A stretch of 64,000 nt of DNA from a virus (Duplodnaviria > Caudoviricetes), in the IMG/VR virus record IMGVR_UViG_3300020469_000008, positions 96,001-160,000 of that record, one strand, 5' to 3'. A model generated the notes under the pieces. It was not told where the DNA came from. It saw only the letters and a list, made by a program, of their open reading frames with translations, and made no database searches. The translations under genes and the position numbers were made by a program. Of this stretch, positions 18,638-28,414 are shown piece by piece (positions within the stretch are counted from its first letter, which is position 1; the number at the start of each line of letters is the position of its first letter).

Positions 18638-19732
18638 ATGCAAATAAGCAGATTAAATCTAAAAAAACTCATAAAAACGTTATTGAACGAAGATTACGAA
18701 GGTTTTATTGGCGGCCCTTCACCTGGGGAAGGTAAAGTTACAACAATGTCTGGGGACGAATTAAATAGAATTTCTGCTGAACTTAAAGGCAGAGACTTAA
18801 GTCAGATACCACCAAGTTTGCAAAAGAAAATTGGAAAGATAGCAGATAGAGCACCAGCAAAATTAAAAAAAAGTGCAGCAAGATATTTTAAAGGAAAATC
18901 ATTTTTAAAGAAAGCAAGTCAAGTTTTTGGAAGATCTTTTCCTGATTCTGATGTTTTTCTTGTGCCTTTTGCTGGGGGATCCCGAGAAGCTGCTGATTTA
19001 ATTTTTGGTTATGACGACGATTTTACACAGAGTGACTTTGCATATTCAAGGGCAACGCCGGAACAACGAGAGTATTTTTCTGACAAAGATTATAATCTAA
19101 TGTCACCTCAGCGGATGGCGATGGCTAGAAACAGGCTTACATCGATGGATATAAGAAGACATTTAATTTTTGATCTATTTGCAGAAGGAATTAATATGCT
19201 TTCAAACTTAGGTGTAACAATTCAAGAAGCAGAAAAACTAAACATAGAAAACGACATTGTTTTTGTACCCATTGCGTCAGCACAACCTGGAAAATTTTTG
19301 GCAACACCCCACATGATTCTACATGCACTGATAGACACAACAGGTGAAAAAGGTGGTACAGAGTTAGATGAAATAGTCGAGCCGCTACATCGAGAAATGT
19401 TGTCAATTGCAAATGATCTTGGTCTAAGTAGAAACTTAGTAAAGGAAGCCTATCCAGACAACGAATATTTCGATGCTTTCGAGTCACTAGCAACCACAAA
19501 AGCTGGGCGGATGAAAATGATACAAACAACTTCTGATATGGTTTCTGAGATGTTAGTACAGGAATTAGCACAATATGGAAATAAAGGCTTGAGATATAAT
19601 CTAAGTAGTCTAGCACAATTTCCAGAGGCAACAAAAAGTAAACTTGCAGACTTCAAGGTTTCTATTGAGAATACAGCAGCACAAATTAGAGAGTTGCTGA
19701 AAGGAAAAATTGTCTTAATAAATGTTGTGTAG
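18638..19732 (+). CDS. Leader-family protein
   Basis: MQISRLNLKKLIKTLLNE; ATAATTA at 18611. Confidence 0.8.
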   Translation: MQISRLNLKKLIKTLLNEDYEGFIGGPSPGEGKVTTMSGDELNRISAELKGRDLSQIPPSLQKKIGKIADRAPAKLKKSAARYFKGKSFLKKASQVFGRSFPDSDVFLVPFAGGSREAADLIFGYDDDFTQSDFAYSRATPEQREYFSDKDYNLMSPQRMAMARNRLTSMDIRRHLIFDLFAEGINMLSNLGVTIQEAEKLNIENDIVFVPIASAQPGKFLATPHMILHALIDTTGEKGGTELDEIVEPLHREMLSIANDLGLSRNLVKEAYPDNEYFDAFESLATTKAGRMKMIQTTSDMVSEMLVQELAQYGNKGLRYNLSSLAQFPEATKSKLADFKVSIENTAAQIRELLKGKIVLINVV

Positions 19733-19771
19733 CTTTGTGTAAAATTAATTTTTGCAATATACTATTGTTAA

Positions 19772-19972
19772 GTGATTACTATAAACGAAAAAACATTTAA
19801 AGTTGGAGAACTTTGTATAGTCTCTCACCGAGACAGGAGTGTACTAAAACATGTATACGGGATAATCGTCAAAAGAAATCCTTTAAAGCTCCGAAGAAAC
19901 TTTTATTCTGTTTTTTATGATGGTAAGATTAAAGAACACGAAAACTTATTTATTGCAAAACTAGAGGAATAG
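19772..19972 (+). CDS. Small hypothetical protein
   Basis: ORF after sigma70-like promoter at about 19737-19765. Confidence 0.55.
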   Translation: MITINEKTFKVGELCIVSHRDRSVLKHVYGIIVKRNPLKLRRNFYSVFYDGKIKEHENLFIAKLEE

Positions 19973-19975
19973 AAA

Positions 19976-20896
19976 ATGAGTCACAGCACACCTATTGATT
20001 ACATTTTTATTGAGGGTCCTGACTGTTCAGGAAAAACAACATTATTTGAAATGATACATAAAGCATCTGATTTCCAATGGAATATTCAAGATCGATCAGC
20101 ATTATCAATGTTAATTCATGCAAAATACTACGGCCGAGATACATTTAGACATGTTGAGCAACTTAAGCGTGAACTTTATAATCTTAACAACCAGCTAATT
20201 ATTTGCCTTCCTGATTGGGATGTTATTGTCAAGAGGTTTACAGACCGCGGCGATCCAATTCAGAGTCTGTCTAGTTTACATAAACTTTACAATTTATTCT
20301 TTGAGGCATCAGAAGAGTTTCAAGATTATCCTAACGTCACAGTTATCAGAAGTGTTGTGGATGAATCTCTTGTTCTTAGCCTAGTTAACCAGTATCGAGC
20401 ATTTGGAAGAAAATCTGTGCATCATCTGCGTGATTCTATGCTGCAAATGTTAGGTACATCTGCTGCAAACAAGCATCAAGAAATTATTGGTTTTAACTTT
20501 GTGCATTATGATACTGGTGATTTTTCTGATATTAACAAAGGAATGTTATTTTATGAAAAAGAAAAAGATTACTATAAAAGAATTGAAACTGCAATGTTCA
20601 AGACAATAAGTTCTGAATTAAACGGTGATAATCCATACAATCGAAAAGAAGATTTAAATTCAAGGCGATTTATCTATACAGATAATAGTTGTATTGCAAC
20701 ATGTCATTTTTTAATTCGTGATGATTATATGGATGCTCGATTTTACTTAAGGTCATCAAACATTAAAGACACAGTTAAATATGATTTAAATTTTTTAAAA
20801 CATTTGACTGCACAGGTTTTTAGATATTTTAAGTGTGATAGACAGGGAAATTATTGCAAAATGAAATTCACAGTAGGCTCAGGCCATATAATTTAA
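19976..20896 (+). CDS. Fusion: dNMP (thymidylate-type) kinase + ThyA-fold pyrimidine-modifying domain
   Basis: N-term IEGPDCSGKTT P-loop and DRS motif; C-term SRR, catalytic C, RSS, YD, GSGH in register with ThyA. Confidence 0.8.
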   Translation: MSHSTPIDYIFIEGPDCSGKTTLFEMIHKASDFQWNIQDRSALSMLIHAKYYGRDTFRHVEQLKRELYNLNNQLIICLPDWDVIVKRFTDRGDPIQSLSSLHKLYNLFFEASEEFQDYPNVTVIRSVVDESLVLSLVNQYRAFGRKSVHHLRDSMLQMLGTSAANKHQEIIGFNFVHYDTGDFSDINKGMLFYEKEKDYYKRIETAMFKTISSELNGDNPYNRKEDLNSRRFIYTDNSCIATCHFLIRDDYMDARFYLRSSNIKDTVKYDLNFLKHLTAQVFRYFKCDRQGNYCKMKFTVGSGHII

Positions 20897-20909
20897 CAGA
20901 GGAAATAAA

Positions 20910-21461
20910 ATGAGTGAACATAGATTTATGTTAGATAGAATTAGAAAATTAGTTATTGATGTCCAAGACTTTCCAGAGAAAGGAATTGTATTTAAAGACA
21001 TTACACCACTATTCCAAAACCAGTCAGAATTTCGCAACTTAATGACTCATTATGTCAGAAAGATTAAACACGATGGCGTGATTAATAAAATAGTAGCGAT
21101 AGATTCACGAGGTTTTCTTTTTGGGACAATTCTTGCATACGAAACCGGTTTACCTATGGTACTAGCTAGGAAAGCAGGAAAGCTGCCACGCAAAACCATA
21201 CAGCAAACTTATAATCTTGAATACGGCACTGCGTCTTTAGAAATTCATGAAGAAGATATTATGCCTGATGATAACGTTTTAATTGTTGATGATGTACTTG
21301 CAACAGGCGGCACTGCAGTGGCAGTTGCGAATATTGTTAAAGCGTTAGAAGGAAACATTGCCGGCTTTTGGTTTCTCATGGAAATTAAAGAGCTAGGCGG
21401 GCAAGATATAATATTTAATGAGTTTGATATAGACACAAGTGATATTGAAGTAGTATTATAA
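20910..21461 (+). CDS. apt: Adenine phosphoribosyltransferase
   Basis: DFPEKGIVFKDITPL, DSRGF, RKAGKLP, VDDVLATGGT. Confidence 0.95.
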   Translation: MSEHRFMLDRIRKLVIDVQDFPEKGIVFKDITPLFQNQSEFRNLMTHYVRKIKHDGVINKIVAIDSRGFLFGTILAYETGLPMVLARKAGKLPRKTIQQTYNLEYGTASLEIHEEDIMPDDNVLIVDDVLATGGTAVAVANIVKALEGNIAGFWFLMEIKELGGQDIIFNEFDIDTSDIEVVL

Positions 21462-21504
21462 ATCTTAATGTTATAGGTTATAATATCTAGGTTAAGGAGA
21501 ATAT

Positions 21505-22503
21505 ATGAAAAAAGCATTAGTGACAGGTGGCTGCGGTTTTATTGGTAGTAATCTGACAAAAGAATTAGTGAAGCAAGGTTGGCAAGTAGATGTTGTTGAC
21601 GACATGTCAAATGGTCATTTAGAATTATTAGAAGGATTAAATACTAGAGTTTTACTTAACGGATCATTTTATACAGCATTTAGAAATTTAGATGCTGATA
21701 GAGATAATACAGTGTTAGTTATTCAATCCTGCTTTTCTGACCCACACGTTTTGGCAGCAATTTATGGTGGTTGTTATGACGTTATTTTCCATCAAGCAGC
21801 AGTACCTCGTGTAAGCTATTCAGTAGAACAGCCATGGCATACAACTGATGTTAATATATCGAAGACTGTAAGGCTGTTTGAGTCAGCTCGAGACAGTGTT
21901 GATAGAATTGTCTGGGCATCTTCATCTTCAGTTTATGGTGGCGCTGATCAGTTACCAACAAAAGAAAACACTATCAAGAATCCAAAGTCACCTTACGCTT
22001 GGCAGAAATCAGCAATAGAAGATTTTGCAAAACAATGTTGGGATTTGTACAAACTAGACATTGTGTGTCTTAGATACTTTAATGTTTTTGGTCCCGGGCA
22101 ATACGGTGACAGTCCATATTCAACTGCAGTCTCTGCTTGGTGTCACGCGACGAAAAATAACTTAGAGTGCAGATCTGATGGTGACGGAAGTCAGACAAGA
22201 GACATGAGTTATATTGACAATACAGTTTCAGCAAATATACTCGCTGCAAAAGCTAAAGGCCCTTTTAAAGGTGAGGCTTATAATATTGCGTGTAACAGTC
22301 GTGTCTCTAATAAGGAAATACTAGATTACTTTGTGGCAGAGTTTGGTAGTAAGGTTAGACATGCACCTTGGCGATCAGGCGACGTAATGCACACGCAAGC
22401 AGATGTGTCAAAAGCAAAGAGAGATTTTGGTTATGAACCACTGATTCATTTTTGGGAAGGCTTAGAAAAGACAGTACAATGGTGGGGTTTAAGAGATGGC
22501 TGA
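21505..22503 (+). CDS. NAD-dependent epimerase (UDP-Glc/GlcNAc 4-epimerase-like)
   Basis: VTGGCGFIG, HQAA, ASSSSVYG, YAWQK, LRYFNVFGP. Confidence 0.92.
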   Translation: MKKALVTGGCGFIGSNLTKELVKQGWQVDVVDDMSNGHLELLEGLNTRVLLNGSFYTAFRNLDADRDNTVLVIQSCFSDPHVLAAIYGGCYDVIFHQAAVPRVSYSVEQPWHTTDVNISKTVRLFESARDSVDRIVWASSSSVYGGADQLPTKENTIKNPKSPYAWQKSAIEDFAKQCWDLYKLDIVCLRYFNVFGPGQYGDSPYSTAVSAWCHATKNNLECRSDGDGSQTRDMSYIDNTVSANILAAKAKGPFKGEAYNIACNSRVSNKEILDYFVAEFGSKVRHAPWRSGDVMHTQADVSKAKRDFGYEPLIHFWEGLEKTVQWWGLRDG

Positions 22504-23074
22504 TTTAATTTTATACACTGGGCCAATGTTTAGTTCGAAAACAACAAAATTATTGATGCAGGCAGATAAAAGATTTTACCAGAAACAAAAAGTAATTGCT
22601 TTTAAGTCGAGAATGGACGATCGTTACACACAAGTGGGCGAAATTGTAACACACAATTTTAACAAGATTCCAGCACACTTGATTAATACAGGTGATGAAA
22701 TGTTGACAAAGATAGCTGAACAAGAAGTTGACTGTGTTATTATTGACGAACTGTTTTTAATCGAAGGTGGCGCCGCAGCATGTTTAACGTTGTACAAGAA
22801 AGGGTACGATGTTGTAGTCGCGTCGATCGACTTGTCTTTTACAGGTGAGCCTTTTCATGAAATAAAAGAATTAATGCCTTATTGTACAAAAATTGTAAAG
22901 TGCAAATCTGTTTGTAGCGTTTGTCAAAAAGATGCGCGATATACTTATAAAAAAGTTAGTGTTAAACATGTCGATACTTTTGATTCTGATCCGTCTGTAG
23001 AACAAATACAGGTCGGAGGTGCAGAACTTTATGAACCAAGATGTCAAGAGCATCATAATTATATGCGTGATTAA
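22496..23074 (+). CDS. tdk: Thymidine kinase (type II)
   Basis: GPMFSSKT, IIDE, CxxC lasso, VGG..YEPRC. Confidence 0.92.
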   Translation: MADLILYTGPMFSSKTTKLLMQADKRFYQKQKVIAFKSRMDDRYTQVGEIVTHNFNKIPAHLINTGDEMLTKIAEQEVDCVIIDELFLIEGGAAACLTLYKKGYDVVVASIDLSFTGEPFHEIKELMPYCTKIVKCKSVCSVCQKDARYTYKKVSVKHVDTFDSDPSVEQIQVGGAELYEPRCQEHHNYMRD

Positions 23075-23088
23075 CCTAGGAGAGATAT

Positions 23089-23928
23089 ATGTTAGAGCCC
23101 TCGAGTGTTAACGTTGTAATATATCATGCCGACTGCACTGATGGTTTCGGGTCAGCTTATTCAGCTTGGAAACTATTAGGAAATCGCGCTGAATATTACG
23201 CTTGCAAGCACGGATCTGAACCACCAGATGTAAAAGATAAGAATGTTGTTATACTAGATTTTTCCTTCAACAACGCCACAACTAAAAAAATGATTGAGGA
23301 GGCAAATGAGTTATTAGTGATCGACCATCATAAATCTGCTGTGGTAGAATTGCATGATATATCAAATACAATATTTGACATGAATAAGTCTGGCGCCACA
23401 CTTGCTTGGGAGTTTTTCCATCCAGGTAAAGAAGCACCAAAATTTATTCAATACATTACTGATAGAGACTTGTGGCGTTGGGAATTGCCATATTCAAAAG
23501 AATTTAGTGCTGCATTTGATATGGTTCCTCACGATTTTGAAGAATTTGAAAAATTTGAGGACGATTCTGTATTTGATGATGCAGTAAAGCGTGGAAGTTA
23601 TATTTTAGCATATTCTAAGACTGTTGTTAAGAAAGTGTGTGATAAAGCTGCATCAAGAAAAATTAATGGTAAGGATGTGTTAGTCGTTAATTCATCACAC
23701 TGGATGTCAGAGATTGGGGCTAGATTAGCACCTGACTGTGACTTTGCAATGATTTGGTATTATGATCATAATGATAAAATAATTAAGGTAAGCTTACGCG
23801 CATTTCACGATAAAATTGATGTTTCAGAAGTATCTAAAAAATATGGTGGTGGAGGTCACAAAAAAGCAGCGGGCTTTGTTTTGCCTGGCGATTTTAAAAT
23901 AGAAGATCTCTTTGACAAAGATATATAA
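23089..23928 (+). CDS. DHH/DHHA1 phosphoesterase (NrnB-like)
   Basis: YHADCTDG, IDHH, DRDLW, SLR, GGGGHKKAAGF. Confidence 0.9.
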   Translation: MLEPSSVNVVIYHADCTDGFGSAYSAWKLLGNRAEYYACKHGSEPPDVKDKNVVILDFSFNNATTKKMIEEANELLVIDHHKSAVVELHDISNTIFDMNKSGATLAWEFFHPGKEAPKFIQYITDRDLWRWELPYSKEFSAAFDMVPHDFEEFEKFEDDSVFDDAVKRGSYILAYSKTVVKKVCDKAASRKINGKDVLVVNSSHWMSEIGARLAPDCDFAMIWYYDHNDKIIKVSLRAFHDKIDVSEVSKKYGGGGHKKAAGFVLPGDFKIEDLFDKDI

Positions 23929-23946
23929 TTATCTTAAAAGAGTAAT

Positions 23947-24267
23947 ATGAAAGTAACTAAAAATGCAATAAAAAATATCTTAATTTTAAGACAATCTTAC
24001 GGAGGTGAAACTTCATCACTAAGATTTGGTTTGACGGGTGGTGGGTGTTCAGGATACAAGTACATATTAGAGTTTGTAGACACAACTACTCCAAATGATT
24101 TGGTATTTAACTTTGATAAATTTAATTTAATTGTTGATAAACAACATATGGTTCTTTTAAAAAATTCAACAATCGATTGGAAGGACTCATTGATGGAGTC
24201 AGGTTTTGACATCATAAACCCACAAGCGAAACAACCTTGTGGTTGTGGTGAAAGTGTAAATTTTTAG
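23947..24267 (+). CDS. iscA: IscA/HesB Fe-S assembly protein
   Basis: GGGCSGY and CGCGESV motifs. Confidence 0.9.
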   Translation: MKVTKNAIKNILILRQSYGGETSSLRFGLTGGGCSGYKYILEFVDTTTPNDLVFNFDKFNLIVDKQHMVLLKNSTIDWKDSLMESGFDIINPQAKQPCGCGESVNF

Positions 24268-24275
24268 GAGTAAAT

Positions 24276-24689
24276 GTGCGCTACAGTGAAAAAGTAAATG
24301 ATCATTTTGCAAACCCGAGAAACGTAGGGAGTCTAGATAAAGATTCGACGCAAGTAGGGACAGCTGTTGTTGGCGCACCTGCCTGTGGTGACGTAATGCA
24401 ACTACAACTAAAAATATCTGATGAGGGAATTATAGAAGATGCAAAGTTTAAAACATTCGGTTGTGGATCAGCTATAGCTTCAAGCTCTCTTGTTACTACA
24501 ATGGTAAAAGGTAAAAACTTATTAGAAGCTAGTTCGATTAAAAATATTCACATTGCAAAAGAATTAGAATTACCTCCCCAAAAGATTCACTGTTCTGTTC
24601 TTGCAGAAGATGCAATTAAAGCAGCAATCAAAGATTACCAAGAAAAAAATAGACAAACAAATACGGGAAAGAAAAAAGATGAGACCTAG
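24276..24689 (+). CDS. iscU: IscU/NifU Fe-S scaffold
   Basis: HF.NPRNVG, APACGD, FKTFGCGSAIASSS, KIHCSVLAEDA. Confidence 0.95.
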   Translation: MRYSEKVNDHFANPRNVGSLDKDSTQVGTAVVGAPACGDVMQLQLKISDEGIIEDAKFKTFGCGSAIASSSLVTTMVKGKNLLEASSIKNIHIAKELELPPQKIHCSVLAEDAIKAAIKDYQEKNRQTNTGKKKDET

Positions 24690-25092
24690 CTGGAACGAAA
24701 TATGGAAGAGGTTTGCTGAAGACATTGCAAAGAGATCACCAGATCCAAAGTTTCAAGTTGGAGCCGTCATTGTTTCTGATGACAACACACAAGTACTTGC
24801 ACTAGGTTATAACGGGGATCATAAAGGTGGTCCTAACTGTAGAGACTCTCTCGAGACTGGAAAAAGTGGTTTTATACATGCAGAAGTTAATGCTTTAATA
24901 AAGTGTGATTTTAACAATCCTAAAGCAAAAAAAATGTATTTAACACACGCACCTTGTCCTGTTTGTGCAAAATGTATTGTTAACGCTGGAATTGAACAAG
25001 TTCTATATATAAATGATTACGAACCTGATATGACAGGTGTGAAAATATTGCGCGATTGTGATGTTTCTGTAGTAAAATTAGTTGATAATTAA
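24679..25092 (+). CDS. dCMP deaminase family protein
   Basis: VGAVIV, GYNG, HAE and PCxxC zinc motifs; start trimmed to MRPSW. Confidence 0.9.
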   Translation: MRPSWNEIWKRFAEDIAKRSPDPKFQVGAVIVSDDNTQVLALGYNGDHKGGPNCRDSLETGKSGFIHAEVNALIKCDFNNPKAKKMYLTHAPCPVCAKCIVNAGIEQVLYINDYEPDMTGVKILRDCDVSVVKLVDN

Positions 25093-25131
25093 CCACGAAT
25101 TTGATAATTAATTGTGTGGTGAGGTTTAGTT

Positions 25132-25371
25132 TTGAATGAAAACTTAAAAAAAGGCATTAAAAAGAAAAAGGGCAAAATTATTAATATGTTGTCAAATGCA
25201 ATGTTGATAAGACATAAGCCTACAAAGATTGAATACACAATTCAAAAGATTGTCATTAATAATGATGAACCTTTAATTATCGCATATAGATATTATAGTA
25301 AACCAAACAGTGGGAAAAAAGTTTTTATTGAGATACCCATGAGTGATTTTAAGGAATATGAGTCGGTGTAA
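25132..25371 (+). CDS. Hypothetical protein
   Basis: TTG start after GAGG; ATAATTA at 25104. Confidence 0.6.
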   Translation: MNENLKKGIKKKKGKIINMLSNAMLIRHKPTKIEYTIQKIVINNDEPLIIAYRYYSKPNSGKKVFIEIPMSDFKEYESV

Positions 25372-25373
25372 AA

Positions 25374-26051
25374 ATGGATAAATTGTTTAACGGAAAAATT
25401 AAAGACGTAATACGTGATACGTTAAGGGTTGACGAAGCTTTGACAGCATCTGAGAAAAAATTTACTTTCAATTCAGACTTTTTAAGTAACGACAACTTTC
25501 AAAATCATATTGAGTTGTATCAAGGATATCTTAAGAACTTTAATGAAGTTAGTGCAAAACTTGATACTGCTGACAAACAAAATGTTAATTGTAATCATTC
25601 AGAATTCAGATCACTAAAACTTGATGAAACATTTAATATGAATGGCGTGTATTTGCACGAGCTATATTTCGCAAATATAGGCGATATTCATTCTGAAATT
25701 AAAATGGATTCCCTCGCTTATATGCGCTTATCCAGAGACTTTGGTAGTTTTGATGCTTGGCAAAAAGATTTTATTGCATGTGCAGCAGCCTCACAATGTG
25801 GATGGGCTGTCACCTACTTTAACACATACACACAGACTTATATGAATGCTGTTATCGATTTACATACAAACAATATTCCGTTTGGCACATATCCTGTTAT
25901 TGTCATGGATGTTTGGCAACACGCATACTATCGTGACTACTTAAAAGATGTTACTACATACACTAGAGCCATGATGAAATTATTAAGATGGCCTGTTATA
26001 GAAGAACGTGTCAAAAAAGCAGACAAAATATTACAAGTTCTCAGGAGTTAA
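25374..26051 (+). CDS. Fe/Mn superoxide dismutase-like protein
   Basis: HIELY, HELYF, FGSFDAW, GW, DVWQHAYY (Q for usual E). Confidence 0.85.
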   Translation: MDKLFNGKIKDVIRDTLRVDEALTASEKKFTFNSDFLSNDNFQNHIELYQGYLKNFNEVSAKLDTADKQNVNCNHSEFRSLKLDETFNMNGVYLHELYFANIGDIHSEIKMDSLAYMRLSRDFGSFDAWQKDFIACAAASQCGWAVTYFNTYTQTYMNAVIDLHTNNIPFGTYPVIVMDVWQHAYYRDYLKDVTTYTRAMMKLLRWPVIEERVKKADKILQVLRS

Positions 26052-26052
26052 T

Positions 26053-26652
26053 ATGAGTGACAAACTATATAAATTTTTATTTGAACAGGATGAAGACTTA
26101 GGCGACGCGCCAGAGGGAGGAGTCAAAGTAGACACTCAACCTAAAGCACGCAAGGCAGATGATTCTGTTGATGATCAGATCGATTCCTTAATTCTATTAT
26201 ATGAAAAAAGGGCAATTAGAGATGACGAAGACAACTTAATGGAGTCCTTAAATAGAACTTCTCTAAAGTATTTATTTGAACAAGAAGAGGAAGAACCAGC
26301 TGAGGAAGAACCAGCTGAAGAATCTGAAACTGAACCTACAGGGTCAGAAGAAATAACAACAACCGCAGCAGTTTCAGAGCCGGTTCCTGACATAGACATC
26401 GACAAATTCACAATTAAAATCGCACGTTTAATTATGAATCACAGACAATTGCTTGATGTTGAAACTGCAATTATAAATAGAACAAAAAACTTCTTAGACG
26501 AAAATTATGGTGATAAATTTGTAGTACGTTATTTAGATGTACTAGAAGAACAGTTTGGTATATCAGCACAAGAATTTGACATGAAGCCTGTTGAGGACGC
26601 ACCTTACGCGATCGGGGCAAATCCTGCTGGAGCCGGAATGAGTGGAGGCTAA
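26053..26652 (+). CDS. Acidic hypothetical protein
   Basis: AGGAG RBS; repeated (L/K)YLFEQ segments. Confidence 0.75.
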   Translation: MSDKLYKFLFEQDEDLGDAPEGGVKVDTQPKARKADDSVDDQIDSLILLYEKRAIRDDEDNLMESLNRTSLKYLFEQEEEEPAEEEPAEESETEPTGSEEITTTAAVSEPVPDIDIDKFTIKIARLIMNHRQLLDVETAIINRTKNFLDENYGDKFVVRYLDVLEEQFGISAQEFDMKPVEDAPYAIGANPAGAGMSGG

Positions 26653-26653
26653 A

Positions 26654-26923
26654 ATGTCTAGACAATATGATGTGTTAGTAAAGAAATCAGTACACTTTAA
26701 CTTGACAAAAGATAGTCATACTGCACTCAAAATGGCATGCACAGCACGAAGCCTATCAATGCAAGAAGTTATTGAAGCGTTTGCCAAGAGAATTGAAATA
26801 GAAGATAATAAGATGATTAAATTCTTAGATGATGTAGTTGAAGAAAAGAAACACAAAGCCAAAAAAAGTTTCAGCAAATCAGATGTTGAAAGTATATTTA
26901 GTATGATAGAAGACGAGGAATAA
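26654..26923 (+). CDS. Small DNA-binding protein (ribbon-helix-helix-like)
   Basis: SVHFNL...HTALK..C....SMQEVIE pattern. Confidence 0.55.
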   Translation: MSRQYDVLVKKSVHFNLTKDSHTALKMACTARSLSMQEVIEAFAKRIEIEDNKMIKFLDDVVEEKKHKAKKSFSKSDVESIFSMIEDEE

Positions 26924-26924
26924 C

Positions 26925-27383
26925 ATGAAAATATCAAGAAGACAACTTAGAAAAATTATTTTAGAAGCATTTCCAAGAGATGAATATGGATATGATGCTT
27001 TAAAAACACAAGCAGAATTAGACGATGGCGACGGAGAATACGCACTGTCATCATCACAAAGACACTCTTTAGACCGCCAAGAAGAATTAAAAGATATGAA
27101 ACTCAATGATGATAATGCTTACCTTGTGCATGTATACTTAGCCTCTGCACTTAGTGACGGTGATAAGATGGCAAGAGTTCCAGCGTGGGGTGTGGCTGCT
27201 AGTCAGCTGTCGACACGTTTTTCAGCAAATTCATCTGATGAAATAATGCCTGAAGTTGAAGAGGTATTAAATAGCTTTTTATCTAACCCGAAACTTGGGA
27301 TGATGGATAAAAGAAGACTCCAACGCGAAATACCTAAATTTAAGGACATGTTACGAAGAGCGATGGATAATCCTGAATTTTAA
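26925..27383 (+). CDS. MKIT-leader family protein
   Basis: MKISRRQLRKIILE. Confidence 0.8.
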   Translation: MKISRRQLRKIILEAFPRDEYGYDALKTQAELDDGDGEYALSSSQRHSLDRQEELKDMKLNDDNAYLVHVYLASALSDGDKMARVPAWGVAASQLSTRFSANSSDEIMPEVEEVLNSFLSNPKLGMMDKRRLQREIPKFKDMLRRAMDNPEF

Positions 27384-27395
27384 AAAGAGGTTTTT

Positions 27396-27665
27396 ATGGG
27401 AATAGAAGAAATTAAAGACGCAGTAAAAAGTTTACCTGCTGAAAAAGTAGAAGCACTTAAAAAAGATTTATATCTTGACACTAAGACAAAAGGTATTCTT
27501 GATAGTATGCAGGAAAAGATTGTTTCACGAAAATTGTTAGTGTTTGGTACCGCGACTGCATTATTAGTATATGCAGGTTTAGATGCAGATATATGGGGAA
27601 TGATTGCAATGATGTACATTGGTGGACAATCAGCAATTGATTTCGCAAAAATATGGAAGGGTTAA
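27396..27665 (+). CDS. Small two-TM membrane protein (holin candidate)
   Basis: SRKLLVF + two hydrophobic helices. Confidence 0.5.
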   Translation: MGIEEIKDAVKSLPAEKVEALKKDLYLDTKTKGILDSMQEKIVSRKLLVFGTATALLVYAGLDADIWGMIAMMYIGGQSAIDFAKIWKG

Positions 27666-27669
27666 TAAA

Positions 27670-28065
27670 ATGAAAAAATTAAATAGAAGAAAGCTAAGAG
27701 ATGTAGTTTTAAAAGAAACAAAAAAAATCCTTAAAGAATTTCGAAACATCAATCAACTTGACGTGGTACATGTAGCACCTGTTGTTAGAGACTTTAATAA
27801 AAAAGTCGTTGCTGCGCTCGCAAAATACAATACAAATCAACTGCCTCAAGATTTATCTGAAAATGGTAGGCAGATAGCATACCAGTTTGAAACAATGATT
27901 GCATCAACAAATTCAATCATGGGTCCAGATCGCACAACTGATGATAGAATTGCAACATGTGATAGAGCAATCAATGATATACAAGAGATGAAAATATTAC
28001 TTAAACAATCATCCCGCGTTGATTATGATGACACAGTCCTTACATCTAGACCGTATGATAACTAA
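27670..28065 (+). CDS. Leader-family protein
   Basis: MKKLNRRKLRDVVLKE; start trimmed. Confidence 0.7.
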   Translation: MKKLNRRKLRDVVLKETKKILKEFRNINQLDVVHVAPVVRDFNKKVVAALAKYNTNQLPQDLSENGRQIAYQFETMIASTNSIMGPDRTTDDRIATCDRAINDIQEMKILLKQSSRVDYDDTVLTSRPYDN

Positions 28066-28078
28066 TCTTGGATTATAA

Positions 28079-28414
28079 GTGTTCGAAAAAATAAAAGAAT
28101 ATTGGCAGTGGATTTTAGGCGTTATCGTAGCGATATTAGGTGTTGGTGTGTTAGCATCTAAAAAAAGAGACAGTAGAACAATAGTAAAGGTAAGTGACGG
28201 TGAGCTTGAAAAGATCCGCGGCGAGAAGATTATCTCGGCCCAAGAAGACATATATGAACAACATCTTGAGAAAAGGTCTACTGCGCAGGAAGAGTTTGCG
28301 CGCAAGAGCGAGAAGATTGCTAAAATTAAATCCGCGCGCCAAAAAGAATTAGAAAACAATCCCGAAGAACTTGATAAAATCTTAAAGGAGAAATACAAGT
28401 TAAAGGGGGAATAA
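28079..28414 (+). CDS. Membrane-anchored coiled-coil protein (i-spanin-like candidate)
   Basis: N-terminal TM then charged helical region. Confidence 0.5.
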   Translation: MFEKIKEYWQWILGVIVAILGVGVLASKKRDSRTIVKVSDGELEKIRGEKIISAQEDIYEQHLEKRSTAQEEFARKSEKIAKIKSARQKELENNPEELDKILKEKYKLKGE

